Below, one piece after another: positions 31,041 to 42,281 of a DNA stretch of 64,000 nucleotides; the stretch's first letter is position 1, and each line of letters opens with the position of its first letter. Source of the stretch: Candidatus Latescibacterota bacterium. Its GTDB lineage: Bacteria; Latescibacterota; UBA2968; GCA-2709665. The notes beneath the pieces were generated by a model. That model was not told the origin of the DNA. It did not search any database and was given only the letters and a program-made list of their open reading frames with translations. Where the stretch lies: assembly GCA_965237675.1 (NCBI GenBank), contig OZ250150.1:608001-672000 (forward strand). The letters are read 5' to 3'. Made by a program: the position numbers and the translations under genes.

Positions 31041-31135
31041 GGACAAATTCCCGAACGAAGAAAGCGCATTACGAATGATAATGCGCTTCGGTCGAATTAC
31101 GCGGTATCGTCTTATGTATGTCCGCGATGCTCGGG

Positions 31136-31612
31136 CTATTGTATCGAATGCTTCAGCAGTTGTTTCTTCCGCGCGATCCGTTTCTCCAGGTGTTCTATTT
31201 CGGCCTCCAACAGTTCGGGACGATCCAGATCGTCGGCCTCTTCAGGCGGCGGTGGCTGTTCCGACGGAAGGGCGGCATCCGCCCAGTCATCGTACCCACC
31301 AGCCATCGAAATCACCCGCTCATAACCCAATTCTTTCAGAGATTCCGCAGCCAGCAGAGATCGTACCCCGCCAGCGCAGTAGACCACCACTTCCCGGGAC
31401 TTGTCGGGAATCCTGGATTCAGCCTCCGCTTCAAGGCGCCCCCGGGGAATGTGAAGGGCCCCCTGCAAATGTCCCGCCTCCCATTCTTCAAGGGCGCGCA
31501 CATCCAACAGGACCGGGCTTTCGCCGCTATTCAGATGGCTGTGCACCTCCTGTACGTTCATCTCCGGAATCTCCCTGCGGGCTTCACTCAACAGGTCATC
31601 TCGGGATTTCAT
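31136..31612 (-). CDS. Rhodanese-like domain protein
   Basis: LLDVR..EW..GHL.GA, YCAGGVRS, MAGG...W; C-terminal coiled-coil-like tail. Confidence 0.88.
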   Translation of the reverse strand: MKSRDDLLSEARREIPEMNVQEVHSHLNSGESPVLLDVRALEEWEAGHLQGALHIPRGRLEAEAESRIPDKSREVVVYCAGGVRSLLAAESLKELGYERVISMAGGYDDWADAALPSEQPPPPEEADDLDRPELLEAEIEHLEKRIARKKQLLKHSIQ

Positions 31613-31685
31613 CGCTTCTGAGCTCCTTTGTGTCGTTTCGGAAGGGTTTCGTATCGGACTGAAATGACTCGGCTGCAGTGGTTCT

Positions 31686-34600
31686 TCACGCCGGCACCCG
31701 ACCCGCCTGACCATGACATTTTTTGTATTTTTTTCCGCTTCCACACGGACACGGATTGTTTCTGCCCACCTTCTGCACCCGAATCGGACGCTGCCTCGCC
31801 GGCCCGCCTTCCGGGGCGCTGGTGACGGTATCCGCTGTCGGCGACGCGTCAACTCCCGGGGCAAATCCCATACCTGTTGCATCCTGATGCATCAGGGAGA
31901 CCTGTTGTGGTTGGCGGCCTCTGGGCCTTGTCAATTCCTCTTCAACGGGGATGCGAAACAGGGTTTTCAGTGTTTCGCGGTTGATCTCCTCGAGGAGATC
32001 GACGAACATTTGAAACCCTTCGCGCTTGTATTCGATCAGCGGGTCCTTCTGTCCGTATCCGCGCAGACCGATGCCCTCCTTGAGGTCGTCCATCTCCCGG
32101 AGGTGGTCCTTCCACTTTTCGTCGGTCACCCCCAGATAGACCATCCGCTCGATCTCCCGCATCCTTCCCGCTCCAATCAGACTCTCGCGACGCTTATAGG
32201 TCGCCCTGATCCCATCAAACAATTTTTCCCGGAATCCATCCTCGTTCAGCTCAGGCAACGCGTCCGGAGGCACGTCCGGGACCTGCAGAAAAATTTGGCG
32301 AAGATCCCGATAGAGTCCGTCCAGATCCCAGTCGTCCCGGGTGCCTTCATCCGGGAGATGGATCCCGAACGAAGCATTCACCACCACCTCCATCTCTTCC
32401 TCAATCTGTTCGTAGATATTGTGTTGCTCCAGCGCGTGGCGTCGCCGGTCGTAAACGACCTCCCGCTGCTGGTTCATCACGTCATCGTATTCAAGCAGAT
32501 GTTTGCGCACCTCGAAGTTTCGACCTTCCACGCGTTTCTGCGCCCGCTCGATAGATCGGGTCACCATCCGGTGTTCGATCACCTCGCCCTCTTCGGCTCC
32601 CAGCCGGTCCATAATCCGGGCAATCCGTTCGGATCCGAAGAGGCGCATCAGATCGTCTTCCAATGAGATGAAAAACCGGGAATTTCCGGGGTCGCCCTGC
32701 CGGCCCGCACGGCCCCGAAGTTGCCGGTCTATGCGGCGGGACTCGTGCCGTTCGGTACCGATAATATGCAATCCGCACGGCACATCCTCCCGGCACCGGT
32801 ATTCCTCCAGGTGCGGGCACAATGGACGAACGCCATTGGCCCCAAGATCGGGTATCAGCGCGCATTGATGGCCTTCCGGCGCCTTGACCACGCCGTCACC
32901 CAGCTTGATATCCGTACCACGACCCGCCATATTGGTTGCTATGGTCACCGCCGCCGGCTGTCCGGCGCTGGCAACGATCTGGGCTTCCTGCTCGTTGTGG
33001 CGGGCGTTGAGAACGGCATGTTTAATGCCTCTACGCTTCAACATTCGGGATAGCAACTCCGATACCTCAACGCTGATGGTACCCACAAGTACCGGCAGGT
33101 TGTTGTCGTTCAAGCGCTCTATCTCATCCACGATGGCGCTATACTTCTCCCGTTTGGTTCTGTGGATCAGATCCTCCGAATCCACCCGCCGAACCGGTTC
33201 GTTCGTAGGCATCACCACCACGTCGAGTTTGTAGATCTGGAACAACTCCGCAGCCTCGGTTTCGGCGGTCCCTGTCATACCGGCCAGTTTGTGGTACCAT
33301 CGAAAGTAGTTCTGCAAGGTAATCGTAGCAATCGTCTGGGTGTCCCGTTCCACCTTGACCCGCTCTTTCGCCTCCAGGGCCTGGTGCAGCCCGTCCGCGA
33401 ATCGCCGACCCGGCTGGGGGCGCCCGGTGAATTCGTCCACAATAATCACCTGGCCGCCATCCACGATATACTTTACATCCTTTTCATAAAGCGTATAGGC
33501 GACCAGAAGCTGTTGCACACTGTGAATCGCTTCGCTCTTCCGGGCGTAGTCCTGATAGGCGTCGTCCTGAGATCTGGCCTTTTCGTCCGGCGCCAGCGAA
33601 ACATCCCCTTCGATTTCGTGCAAGACTTCATCCAGGTCCGGCAGCACGAAATCGTCCGGCAATCTGCTGATCTGGACGCGTCCCTTGTCAGTCAGGTCAA
33701 TGACATGACTCTTCTCGTCAACGCTGAAGTAAAGGCCTTCGTCAATTTCACTCATTCGCTTGTCGCGCAGATAATCCGAATCAACCCGGCCGATCAGGCG
33801 TTTGATACCCTCCTCCTGAACCAACTTCATGAATCGGCGGTTTTTGGGCATCCCCCGCTGAACCTGAAGCAGCCGGATCCCCGCCTCGTATTCCTCTTCT
33901 TCAAGGAGGTCCTCCGCTTCGTTCAACGTTTCGGTCACCACCCGTGTCTGCGCCCTTACCAGGCGCTCCACCAGTGGCCGCATCTCGTCGTACCACTGGT
34001 TATCGGCCTCTGCAACCGCTCCGGAAATGATCAGCGGCGTCCGGGCTTCGTCAATCAAAATGCTGTCCGCCTCGTCAATAATTGCGAAATAATGCTCGCG
34101 CTGCATCAGGTCATCCGGGCGAACCGTCATATTGTCGTAAAGATAATCGAACCCGAACTGGTCTTTGGTGCCATAGATGATATCGGCCCGGTAGGCCTCC
34201 TGATGATCACATTCCCGAAGGCGGTACGCGCCCTGGCCATCCTCCTCCATACGGTACGCCTCTGCTTCCATGGACCGGTCCTGAATGATGCCCACGCTCA
34301 TCCCCAGAAAGAGGTAAACGGGACCCAGCCACATGGCGTCTCGCTTTGCCAGATACGAGTTTACCGTTACCAGATGCACGCCCCGACCCGTCAATCCGTT
34401 CAAGTACAGCGGCATTCCCGCCACCAGCGTCTTACCCTCGCCAGTGGCCATCTCAGCAATCTTTCCCTGATGCAGCACGATGCCGCCGAGCAACTGCACA
34501 TCGTACGGCACCATGTCCCAAACAATGGGTTCCCCTGCACGCTCCCATTGCTTTTCCTCCGCCTTGAACCGTCGGCACGTCTCTTTGTAGACCGCATATG

Positions 34601-34922
34601 CCTCCGGAAGAATCTCCTCCAGAGCTTCGTCCTCGACCTGCCTGACCTCCCCCTCCAGTTCAGTGATTTCATCCAGCAGCGAGGAACGATCCATCTCGTC
34701 CTCACGCTTCAACTCCCCGCGCAACCGATTCAGCTCTTCCGTATATTGCTGTGTCACGCCCTGCAGCCTTCCCTTGAACTCCACCGTCTTCTCGCGAAGA
34801 ACCGCTTCCGGAAGCGCGGCGTAAGACTCGCAAAACCCGTTAATCCTGTCGACCATCGGCCAGAGTTTCTTCAGATCTCGGTCGTATTTGGTCCCAAAAA
34901 CTTTCTTTATCACACCCATCAT
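31686..34922 (-). CDS. secA: Protein translocase subunit SecA
   Basis: [31 protein letters not shown]-terminal [13 protein letters not shown]. Confidence 0.98.
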   Translation of the reverse strand: MMGVIKKVFGTKYDRDLKKLWPMVDRINGFCESYAALPEAVLREKTVEFKGRLQGVTQQYTEELNRLRGELKREDEMDRSSLLDEITELEGEVRQVEDEALEEILPEAYAVYKETCRRFKAEEKQWERAGEPIVWDMVPYDVQLLGGIVLHQGKIAEMATGEGKTLVAGMPLYLNGLTGRGVHLVTVNSYLAKRDAMWLGPVYLFLGMSVGIIQDRSMEAEAYRMEEDGQGAYRLRECDHQEAYRADIIYGTKDQFGFDYLYDNMTVRPDDLMQREHYFAIIDEADSILIDEARTPLIISGAVAEADNQWYDEMRPLVERLVRAQTRVVTETLNEAEDLLEEEEYEAGIRLLQVQRGMPKNRRFMKLVQEEGIKRLIGRVDSDYLRDKRMSEIDEGLYFSVDEKSHVIDLTDKGRVQISRLPDDFVLPDLDEVLHEIEGDVSLAPDEKARSQDDAYQDYARKSEAIHSVQQLLVAYTLYEKDVKYIVDGGQVIIVDEFTGRPQPGRRFADGLHQALEAKERVKVERDTQTIATITLQNYFRWYHKLAGMTGTAETEAAELFQIYKLDVVVMPTNEPVRRVDSEDLIHRTKREKYSAIVDEIERLNDNNLPVLVGTISVEVSELLSRMLKRRGIKHAVLNARHNEQEAQIVASAGQPAAVTIATNMAGRGTDIKLGDGVVKAPEGHQCALIPDLGANGVRPLCPHLEEYRCREDVPCGLHIIGTERHESRRIDRQLRGRAGRQGDPGNSRFFISLEDDLMRLFGSERIARIMDRLGAEEGEVIEHRMVTRSIERAQKRVEGRNFEVRKHLLEYDDVMNQQREVVYDRRRHALEQHNIYEQIEEEMEVVVNASFGIHLPDEGTRDDWDLDGLYRDLRQIFLQVPDVPPDALPELNEDGFREKLFDGIRATYKRRESLIGAGRMREIERMVYLGVTDEKWKDHLREMDDLKEGIGLRGYGQKDPLIEYKREGFQMFVDLLEEINRETLKTLFRIPVEEELTRPRGRQPQQVSLMHQDATGMGFAPGVDASPTADTVTSAPEGGPARQRPIRVQKVGRNNPCPCGSGKKYKKCHGQAGRVPA

Positions 34923-35007
34923 AAGCGGTTATCCACCGTTTAACGACAATCCATGGTTTTCGGCGGCAAACAGCCACCGCTGTCCGCTACGCAGGCCGGA
35001 ACGCTGT

Positions 35008-35730
35008 TTAACGGCCGGCGGCCAGCCGTTCCGCCAGGAAACCCGGAAGCGCGGCGTTCCGGATCTTGAACTGTGTAATTGCAATGTCATAAGCCACGCG
35101 GCAGAGATGCATCTCGCAGGCCGCCTGGTCCCACACGACAAACGCCGCCCGCGGGTCTCTATCCCGCGGTTGACCCACACTGCCCGCATTGACCACATAC
35201 CGCTGGGAGGCTTCCACTCTCACCGTGCCTTCCCCCAGAATCTCCACGTCTCCGGTCTCGGAACAGATAAAAGCGTGGTGAGAGTGGCCCACGAAACAGA
35301 TGCGTGCATCCGTATGTGCCAGACACATACGGCCCTCGTCCGGACTGCCAATATATGCAAACGTATCCGGACGATACGGAGACGCGTGCACGTACAGCAC
35401 CGCGTCTTCTTTTACCGTTAACGGCCGTCTTTCGAGGTAAGTCAGGTGGGCCTGACTCAATTCGGCTGCCGTCCACCGGATCGCGGCAAGGGCGGCCGGG
35501 TTGAAATTGCGGGCGTATCCAGAAGATACGGCAGCCCGATCGTGATTGCCGGCAAGTACCGTATCGGCCACCGCGCGGACTTCAGTGATACACGCATTCG
35601 GATCGGCGCCGTACCCCACCACGTCTCCCAAACAGACCACACGGTCCACCTCCATCCCGACGCACCGCTCCAGCACGGCCTGAAGCGCTTCTAGATTACC
35701 GTGAATATCGGATATAATCGCGATGCGCAT
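35008..35730 (-). CDS. Metallophosphoesterase family protein
   Basis: SDIHGN, LGDVVGYG, GNHD, GHSH and N.GSVGQPRD. Confidence 0.92.
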   Translation of the reverse strand: MRIAIISDIHGNLEALQAVLERCVGMEVDRVVCLGDVVGYGADPNACITEVRAVADTVLAGNHDRAAVSSGYARNFNPAALAAIRWTAAELSQAHLTYLERRPLTVKEDAVLYVHASPYRPDTFAYIGSPDEGRMCLAHTDARICFVGHSHHAFICSETGDVEILGEGTVRVEASQRYVVNAGSVGQPRDRDPRAAFVVWDQAACEMHLCRVAYDIAITQFKIRNAALPGFLAERLAAGR

Positions 35731-35953
35731 GGGGGCAATACGGGCGGACGGACAAGTCGCAGCGTAACAGGATCCTGCGCGGATGCCCGAAAATACGATT
35801 GAGCCCGGTGCCGACCGAACGTTACAGCCGGATGCGGCAGGCTCAGGGCGCGCGGGGAACGTCGAACCGTTTATCCACAACGTGTATCGCGGCGTTTCTC
35901 ATCTGGATACGTATGCATATCCGAATCGGCTGACGCCTTCGGTCCTTGCGATC

Positions 35954-36376
35954 CTAGTGTTCTGTCAAGATCCTCTGCTGCCTGACCAGCGCATCCAGAA
36001 TTCCGTTGATAAACGTCGGCGCCTTCTCAGCGCTGTACCGCTTTGCAAGTTCTATGGCTTCGTTCATCGAGACCCTGACCGGGATGTTGTCGAATGCCAG
36101 CATCTCGGTCAGCGCCATCCACAGCAGAATACGATCGATTCTCGAGATGCGTTCCAGTGCCCAATTCCTGGAAATTCCCTCAACCATACGGTTCAGTTCT
36201 TCTTTCCGTGTCCATGTCTCGCGACCCAGCGCCTGTGCGAATTCGGTCGCATCCTCCGACAGTCCTTCTCGGAGCGCCACGGCGTGGAGCGTCTGATGCA
36301 CGGGGTCTCCCGAACTCTCACTCCAATACAGCGCCTGCAGCGCAACTTCGCGGGCTTTTCGGCGTGAACCCGTCAT
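35954..36376 (-). CDS. nusB: Transcription antitermination factor NusB
   Basis: [28 protein letters not shown]. Confidence 0.95.
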   Translation of the reverse strand: MTGSRRKAREVALQALYWSESSGDPVHQTLHAVALREGLSEDATEFAQALGRETWTRKEELNRMVEGISRNWALERISRIDRILLWMALTEMLAFDNIPVRVSMNEAIELAKRYSAEKAPTFINGILDALVRQQRILTEH

Positions 36377-36852
36377 GCCTCGTCTTTGCTCCAGGATGCC
36401 AGCAGATTCGCCATCTCGACGGCGCCCAACGCGACCTCCCATCCTTTGTTGCCGGCCTTGGTGCCGGCCCTTTCGATCGCCTGTTCAATCGTATCGGTTG
36501 TCAGCACGCCGAACAGGCACGGCACACCCGATTCCAGACCAACCGACGCAATACCCTTGGAGACCTCGTTGGCCACATAGTCGAAATGGGGCGTACTCCC
36601 TCGAATCACGGCACCCAGACAGATCACCGCGTCGTAACGCCCGCCGTGCGCCATTTTTTGAGCCATCAGTGGAATTTCGAACGAACCCGGAACCCACGCC
36701 ACGTCCACATTTCCAGGGTCGCACCCATGCCGCTTCAGACAATCCTGGGCGCCTTCCAGCAACTGCTTGCTAACCAACGCGTTGAAGCGACTCACCACAA
36801 TTCCGAAGCGTTTGCCGATCGCACTCAATCCACCTTCAAACACTCTGGCCAT
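36373..36852 (-). CDS. ribH: 6,7-dimethyl-8-ribityllumazine synthase
   Basis: [27 protein letters not shown]. Confidence 0.97.
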   Translation of the reverse strand: MARVFEGGLSAIGKRFGIVVSRFNALVSKQLLEGAQDCLKRHGCDPGNVDVAWVPGSFEIPLMAQKMAHGGRYDAVICLGAVIRGSTPHFDYVANEVSKGIASVGLESGVPCLFGVLTTDTIEQAIERAGTKAGNKGWEVALGAVEMANLLASWSKDEA

Positions 36853-38110
36853 ATGTTCCCTCCTTGGCGCCATCGACCAACTTCAAATCCTCTTCGTCAA
36901 AAATGTGACCCATCTTCTTCTGTTTGGTGCGCAGATACCGGATATTCCAGGGCGTCGGTACAATCTTAACCGGCACTCGCTCCACAATCTCGATTCCATA
37001 CGCCTCCAACCCCACCCGCTTGGCCGGGTTGTTGGTAATCAGACGCGCCTTCCTGATCCCCAGATCCAACAGAATCTGGGCTCCAATGCCGTAGTCCCGT
37101 TCGTCCATCTTGAACCCCAGCTTTAGATTCGCCTCCACCGTATCGTAGCCTTCTTCCTGAAGCCGGTAGGCGTGTATCTTTTCACGGAGCCCGATGCCGC
37201 GGCCCTCCTGCCGCATGTAGACAACAGCGCCCCGACCCTCCCGTTCAACCATCTCTATCGCCGAGTGGAGGTTCGCACTGCAGTCGCACCTTAACGACCC
37301 GAAGGCGTCGCCGGTCAGGCACTCGGAGTGCATCCGAACCAGCACAGGATCGGCTGCGGAAAGGTCCCCTTTGGTCAATGCGACATGCTCCCGCTCGTCG
37401 ACTTCGCTTTCGTAGAGATGGAGCTTGAACTCGCCGAACTGTGTGGGGAGACGCACGGTCTCCAGACAATCGACCAGCTTTTCCGATCGGCGACGATAAG
37501 CAATCAGATCCCGAATTGTGATGATCTTCAGGTTGAACTGCCGGGCCATTTCCATCAGCCGCGGCAGCCGCGCCATTGTTCCGTCCGGGTTCAATATCTC
37601 ACACAGAACACCCGCCGGATAAAGGCCGGCAAGCCGCGCCAGGTCCACCGTCGCCTCCGTGTGTCCCGCACGGCGCAATACGCCTCCGGGTCGGGCGCGC
37701 AGGGGAAAGATGTGCCCGGGCCGGGCAAAATCAACGGGCTGGGCGTCCGGGTCCACAAAACGCTGTATTGTCATGGCGCGATCCTGCGCCGAAATCCCTG
37801 TGCTGGTGCCTTCTACCGCGTCGATACTAACCGTGAAAGGCGTTCCATGCAGCGCTGTGTTTCTACCCACCATCATCTCCAGTTCCAACTCCTGCAGTCG
37901 CTCCGGTGTTGCCGGCAGGCAGACCAGCCCGCGCCCGTGCAGGGCCATGAAATTGATGATCTCAGGCGTGATTTTTTCCGCCGCCGTGATCAGGTCCCCT
38001 TCGTTTTCCCGGTCCTCATCGTCCACGACAATCACCAGCCTGCCCGCCCGGATGTCGTCCAGCGCCTCTTCGATGGAGGAAACGCAGAACTTATTTTCGA
38101 TTTCAGACAT
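36836..38110 (-). CDS. ribBA: Bifunctional DHBP synthase / GTP cyclohydrolase II
   Basis: [29 protein letters not shown] and QEGRGIGL. Confidence 0.97.
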   Translation of the reverse strand: MSEIENKFCVSSIEEALDDIRAGRLVIVVDDEDRENEGDLITAAEKITPEIINFMALHGRGLVCLPATPERLQELELEMMVGRNTALHGTPFTVSIDAVEGTSTGISAQDRAMTIQRFVDPDAQPVDFARPGHIFPLRARPGGVLRRAGHTEATVDLARLAGLYPAGVLCEILNPDGTMARLPRLMEMARQFNLKIITIRDLIAYRRRSEKLVDCLETVRLPTQFGEFKLHLYESEVDEREHVALTKGDLSAADPVLVRMHSECLTGDAFGSLRCDCSANLHSAIEMVEREGRGAVVYMRQEGRGIGLREKIHAYRLQEEGYDTVEANLKLGFKMDERDYGIGAQILLDLGIRKARLITNNPAKRVGLEAYGIEIVERVPVKIVPTPWNIRYLRTKQKKMGHIFDEEDLKLVDGAKEGTYGQSV

Positions 38111-38208
38111 GAAATGCCGCTCCCGGCGAAGTGAAGGTGAGAAATGACGACATTGCAACCCGTCCGATTTTCATTTCAAACCCCTTCTCAATCATTACCG
38201 AACCCCAT

Positions 38209-38829
38209 CTACCGCACCGCCGCCAATTCGCGATCCGGCGCGTGGCGGCCTGTCAACCTCTCCAGATACCGCGCCACCATGTCGACCTCGAGGTTCACCG
38301 CATCGCCGACACGACGTTCACCGATCGTTGTGGCCTCCAGCGTATGCGGAATCACCGTCACCGTGAAGTCGCGTGCGCCTGCCGACACGACGGTCAGGCT
38401 GATCCCGTCTACGGCTATCGATGCTTTATCGGCCACATACGGGCTCAGTTCGTCGGTCAATCCTATACAATAAACGACGTTGTCCGCCCACCGCCGCCGC
38501 TCCAGCACCCGACCCACTCCATCCACGTGTCCGGCCACCAGATGGCCACCCAGGCGGTCCGACAGCTTTAGCGACCGTTCCAGATTCACCCTGTCCCCCG
38601 TTTTCAACCTTCCCAGGGTCGTCCTCTCCAGGGTCTCGGACACGGACTCAAACGAGAACGTCAGACGCCCCACTTCGACCACGGTGTGGCAGGCGCCGTC
38701 GATCGATATGCTATCGCCGACCGCAACATCCGCCATCACGCGCATCGCTTCCAGTGTCGTCCGCTGATACCCCGTCCGCCTCTGAATCGCACGGACCCGC
38801 CCCACTTCCTCAACAATCCCCGTGAACAT
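38209..38829 (-). CDS. ribE: Riboflavin synthase (alpha chain)
   Basis: MFTGIVEE, VNLERS, GGHLV.GHVD. Confidence 0.96.
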   Translation of the reverse strand: MFTGIVEEVGRVRAIQRRTGYQRTTLEAMRVMADVAVGDSISIDGACHTVVEVGRLTFSFESVSETLERTTLGRLKTGDRVNLERSLKLSDRLGGHLVAGHVDGVGRVLERRRWADNVVYCIGLTDELSPYVADKASIAVDGISLTVVSAGARDFTVTVIPHTLEATTIGERRVGDAVNLEVDMVARYLERLTGRHAPDRELAAVR

Positions 38830-38903
38830 CGACCCCATCCTTTCGTGGATCGCGGAATATGGGAAATCAGCGACATGCCGATAATGGGTCCTGTTTTGCC
38901 ATT

Positions 38904-40016
38904 CTATCCCGCGGCTGATGTCGACTGTGTCGGCACCGCGGCGTCCTTCACCCGGGCCGTGTAGAACAAATCCGGCCCGGTCCAATCCACGTTGACCTCA
39001 TTCAGATTAACCGCATCCGCCATCCTCGATATCCCCAGATCGCCCACCGAGTCAATCCCTCTACCCAAAATCGAGGGTGCGATAAACACAACCAACCGGT
39101 CGATCAACCGGTCACGCAACGCCGACGCCGCCACGGTACCCCCGCCTTCGATCAGCACATGGGTAATTCCCTCGTTGCCCGCCCGGGTAAGCACGTCTCG
39201 AAGTATGGGCCTTCCTTCCTTCTGCGAACAGACCCAAACGTGAGCGCCGCATTCCTCCATCGTTTTTATTTTTTCTCGCGAAACCCCTCGCGCCGCGGCA
39301 AGAATCAGTGGCGCGCCATCGAAAACCCTTGCTTCTTTGTAAATCTCGAGCCTGCTGTCCAGTACGATTTTTATCGGATCAGCACCGTCCACGTACCGGA
39401 CTGACAGTTGCGGATCGTCTGCGTCAACCGTCCCACGCCCTACCAGCACCGCCATTGCCTCTGAGCGCAGCCCGTGCGCCCGTTTTCGGGACACTTCCGA
39501 AGAAATCCATTTCGATTCGCCCGTAGCGGTCGCAATCCGACCGTCGAGGGTCTGCGCCAGCTTCAGGGTAACAAACGGAAACCCCTTTGTCCGGTGTTTG
39601 ATAAACACCTCGTTCAGTCGGCGCGCCACTCCCTCAAGCACGCCAACCTCCACACGAATTCCCGCCTCACGCAACCGGCCGATTCCCCGACCCGAAACCC
39701 GTCTATCCGGATCCACCATTCCGCACACGACCCGCGCAACCCCTTTTTTTATCAACAGATCGACACAGGGCGGCGTACGGCCGGTGTGGACGCACGGTTC
39801 CAGTGTCACATAAAGCGTGACGCCTGAGGTTCCATCGGCCACACCTTCAAGCGCATAAACCTCCGCGTGCGGTTTCCCGGGTTCAGGGTAAAAACCCTGC
39901 CCGACAATATGCCCGTTCCGAACCGCCACAGCACCCACCATCGCTCCGTCCCGAACCCGGCCGCGTCCTTTTTCAGCCAACGACAACGCCAGCCGCATAT
40001 AATCCACATCCGTCAT
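38904..40016 (-). CDS. ribD: Bifunctional pyrimidine deaminase/reductase
   Basis: HAE, TLEPC.H.GRTPPC, SKWIS, IEGG. Confidence 0.95.
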   Translation of the reverse strand: MTDVDYMRLALSLAEKGRGRVRDGAMVGAVAVRNGHIVGQGFYPEPGKPHAEVYALEGVADGTSGVTLYVTLEPCVHTGRTPPCVDLLIKKGVARVVCGMVDPDRRVSGRGIGRLREAGIRVEVGVLEGVARRLNEVFIKHRTKGFPFVTLKLAQTLDGRIATATGESKWISSEVSRKRAHGLRSEAMAVLVGRGTVDADDPQLSVRYVDGADPIKIVLDSRLEIYKEARVFDGAPLILAAARGVSREKIKTMEECGAHVWVCSQKEGRPILRDVLTRAGNEGITHVLIEGGGTVAASALRDRLIDRLVVFIAPSILGRGIDSVGDLGISRMADAVNLNEVNVDWTGPDLFYTARVKDAAVPTQSTSAAG

Positions 40017-40066
40017 AAACCACCCCGTGTCGCCAGGACCGGGAATCCCGGAGCGTCCGAAGGGTC

Positions 40067-42118
40067 CTACTTCATATCAACCATCGCTTTACCAACTCCC
40101 ACGTTTCCCAGCGCATCGGTCGCACGAACCACCACCGTATATTCACCCGCTGTCATGTCTTGAATTTCAAAACGCAGGGTCTCAGTCATGGAGTCGAAAA
40201 TCTGATCTACAGGAAAAACCACCTTCCAGTCTCCCGAATTCACCGCATACGCCGCCTTCCAAAGCGGGCTCGCAGCGTCGTTCAACGATCCCTCGACGGC
40301 GATTGCCCCGCCGGCAGTCGGCCGGACCTGCACCCGAACCGTGGGCGGTGTATGGTCGAGGTCGAACGGCTCGCTTACCTTTTCGCCAACTTGCGCCAGT
40401 TCGTCCGGATTGGTCAACCGGTCCGATACCACCACCCGGACCAGCATCGTGCCTTCGGGGGCGGACTCGGTATGCCAGTCATAGGTGCTGGCACGCAGGT
40501 CCGCTTTCAGGAGTTTCCAGCTTTTCTCGGCGCGACCACGATAATACAGCGCATACACCAGCCGATCGTCATTTGCATCTTCCGCTTTCCATGAAATCCG
40601 CCACACACCTCTCATGTTGACCGGCGCCTGCCGACCCTTTCCCGCGTCCTTCGGCGCAGCGCCGTTGCCCTGCGACTCCAGGGGTGAAGCCACCAGCGCA
40701 AGCACCCGCGGGCCCACGTTTTCCTGGAGTCCGACCAGACTCACTTCTCGAATCATGGGTGTCGTGGCGCCCGTTACCGAACCCAACTCGGCCCGATATT
40801 GCAAGAATCGGGCGGGCGGACTGGATATCTGACCTCCCTGGGCGATTGAAGACCACTCGCTCCATGTATTGTCCGGCATTTCACTGTTTCCCGACCGCGT
40901 CTGGAAACGAATCGACGCACCCTGGGCGGGTTCCGAATCCCATCTGATCTTACCCCATCTGGACACCAGGGAGAAATCTCTCACCTTGGATTCCAACCTG
41001 CCCTGGAGCGTGTATGCCTTGCCCAACCGGTACACCTTTCCGGCACCCGCGGTTCCCACCCAGAATTCGCCGGTTGTCGTCCTGCAGAATGCCCATGGTT
41101 GTACATCTTTCAGCCGGGTCAGCAGTGTGGCCTGACCGTTCAGACCCACGCGATAGATGCTCCCATGGTCTCCGGTCAGCGCGGTAATCTCTCCTTCGTC
41201 TACCTCCAATGCCAGAAGCATCGGCGCGTCGACATCCCAGAGACGAACCGTCGCACCCGAAGGCCGTATGGCATACAACACGGAACCCTGTTGTGAGGAA
41301 GAGGGTCCCTGACCCTTGGCGGCTGGCTGGGAACCGCCCTTTCCGCTCCCCTTGGAACGCCTGGACATCGCCCCCGCGAACAGGATCCCGTCTGGTCCAA
41401 TCGCCAGTGCATGAATTTCATCCTCCGCCGCATCGTACAGTACTTCCACCCGTCCCTTTGGATTGACCCGATAGACCAACCCGCTCTGATCCGTACCCGC
41501 ATACACCTGTCCGTCGGTGTCCCGAATTAGCGAAACCACATTGTGGTCTTCGCTCCGATAAACCACGTCGACTTCTCCGGCCGCCGAAATACGCAGGATG
41601 CGTCCGTGTTTGCCGCCCGTGGCCGCGTACAGACCTCCCCGTCCATCCACCACCAACGCCCAGACATGCTCATCTCCGGTTCGGCAAAACATCTCGGGAT
41701 CTTTGCCCGGAACAACCCTGTAGACAATTCCGTCCGGCGACGAGCCGGCATAAAGCGTCCCGGTTGGCCCGACGGCAAGACTGAAAATCGCCACCTCGGG
41801 AGAATCGAAGAGAAGCACTGGCTCGCCCGAGCCATCAAACCCAAAGATCTTTCCACCATTACCCGTCGCAATATACAAACGGCCACCGTGCCCCTCCGCG
41901 AGCGCCCACACGAATTCTTCGCCCGTATCCGCTGCGGTTACCAGCTCCGGCGCGAGCAGCACCGTGCCCTCGCTGGTTATTGAGACTCCGTCCGACTCGC
42001 CCCTGGCAAACGCTTCCTGCGTACGGTCGCGCCAAACGATCGGCTCGACGCCTTCCGCGGAGCCAGACAGGCAGTTGAGTGCGAACCACAGGCCAAAAAA
42101 CAATACGTGACCCTTCAT
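40067..42118 (-). CDS. Secreted beta-propeller repeat protein with C-terminal Ig/FN3-like modules
   Basis: Signal peptide; repeated (V/I)xALAxxxxGxLYAxT blades; TRSGN...W..WS and RFLQYR. Confidence 0.75.
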   Translation of the reverse strand: MKGHVLFFGLWFALNCLSGSAEGVEPIVWRDRTQEAFARGESDGVSITSEGTVLLAPELVTAADTGEEFVWALAEGHGGRLYIATGNGGKIFGFDGSGEPVLLFDSPEVAIFSLAVGPTGTLYAGSSPDGIVYRVVPGKDPEMFCRTGDEHVWALVVDGRGGLYAATGGKHGRILRISAAGEVDVVYRSEDHNVVSLIRDTDGQVYAGTDQSGLVYRVNPKGRVEVLYDAAEDEIHALAIGPDGILFAGAMSRRSKGSGKGGSQPAAKGQGPSSSQQGSVLYAIRPSGATVRLWDVDAPMLLALEVDEGEITALTGDHGSIYRVGLNGQATLLTRLKDVQPWAFCRTTTGEFWVGTAGAGKVYRLGKAYTLQGRLESKVRDFSLVSRWGKIRWDSEPAQGASIRFQTRSGNSEMPDNTWSEWSSIAQGGQISSPPARFLQYRAELGSVTGATTPMIREVSLVGLQENVGPRVLALVASPLESQGNGAAPKDAGKGRQAPVNMRGVWRISWKAEDANDDRLVYALYYRGRAEKSWKLLKADLRASTYDWHTESAPEGTMLVRVVVSDRLTNPDELAQVGEKVSEPFDLDHTPPTVRVQVRPTAGGAIAVEGSLNDAASPLWKAAYAVNSGDWKVVFPVDQIFDSMTETLRFEIQDMTAGEYTVVVRATDALGNVGVGKAMVDMK

Positions 42119-42281
42119 ATGCCCGTTTGCTCGATCCAACAGCCTCATCTCCTGTCTTTCGTTATCGGTTATCGCTTCTGTTGCCCAGGCCACGGCCGGC
42201 CCATCCGTTGCTGGCTCGCCCGCCGTGTTCGCGAAGTGTTCGTGTCGGCTGGACGCCTGTTGGCGGTTTTTCTGTGACCGC

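Noticed and set aside
33162-34943. Long antisense ORFs (593 aa opposite secA; similar ones opposite groL, trpB and the receptor)
   Set aside because: Shadow frames of real genes in GC-rich DNA with no protein motifs.
35871-35879. Perfect DnaA box TTATCCACA (near-match at 34929)
   Set aside because: Isolated; one 9-mer in 64 kb is compatible with chance and there is no origin context.
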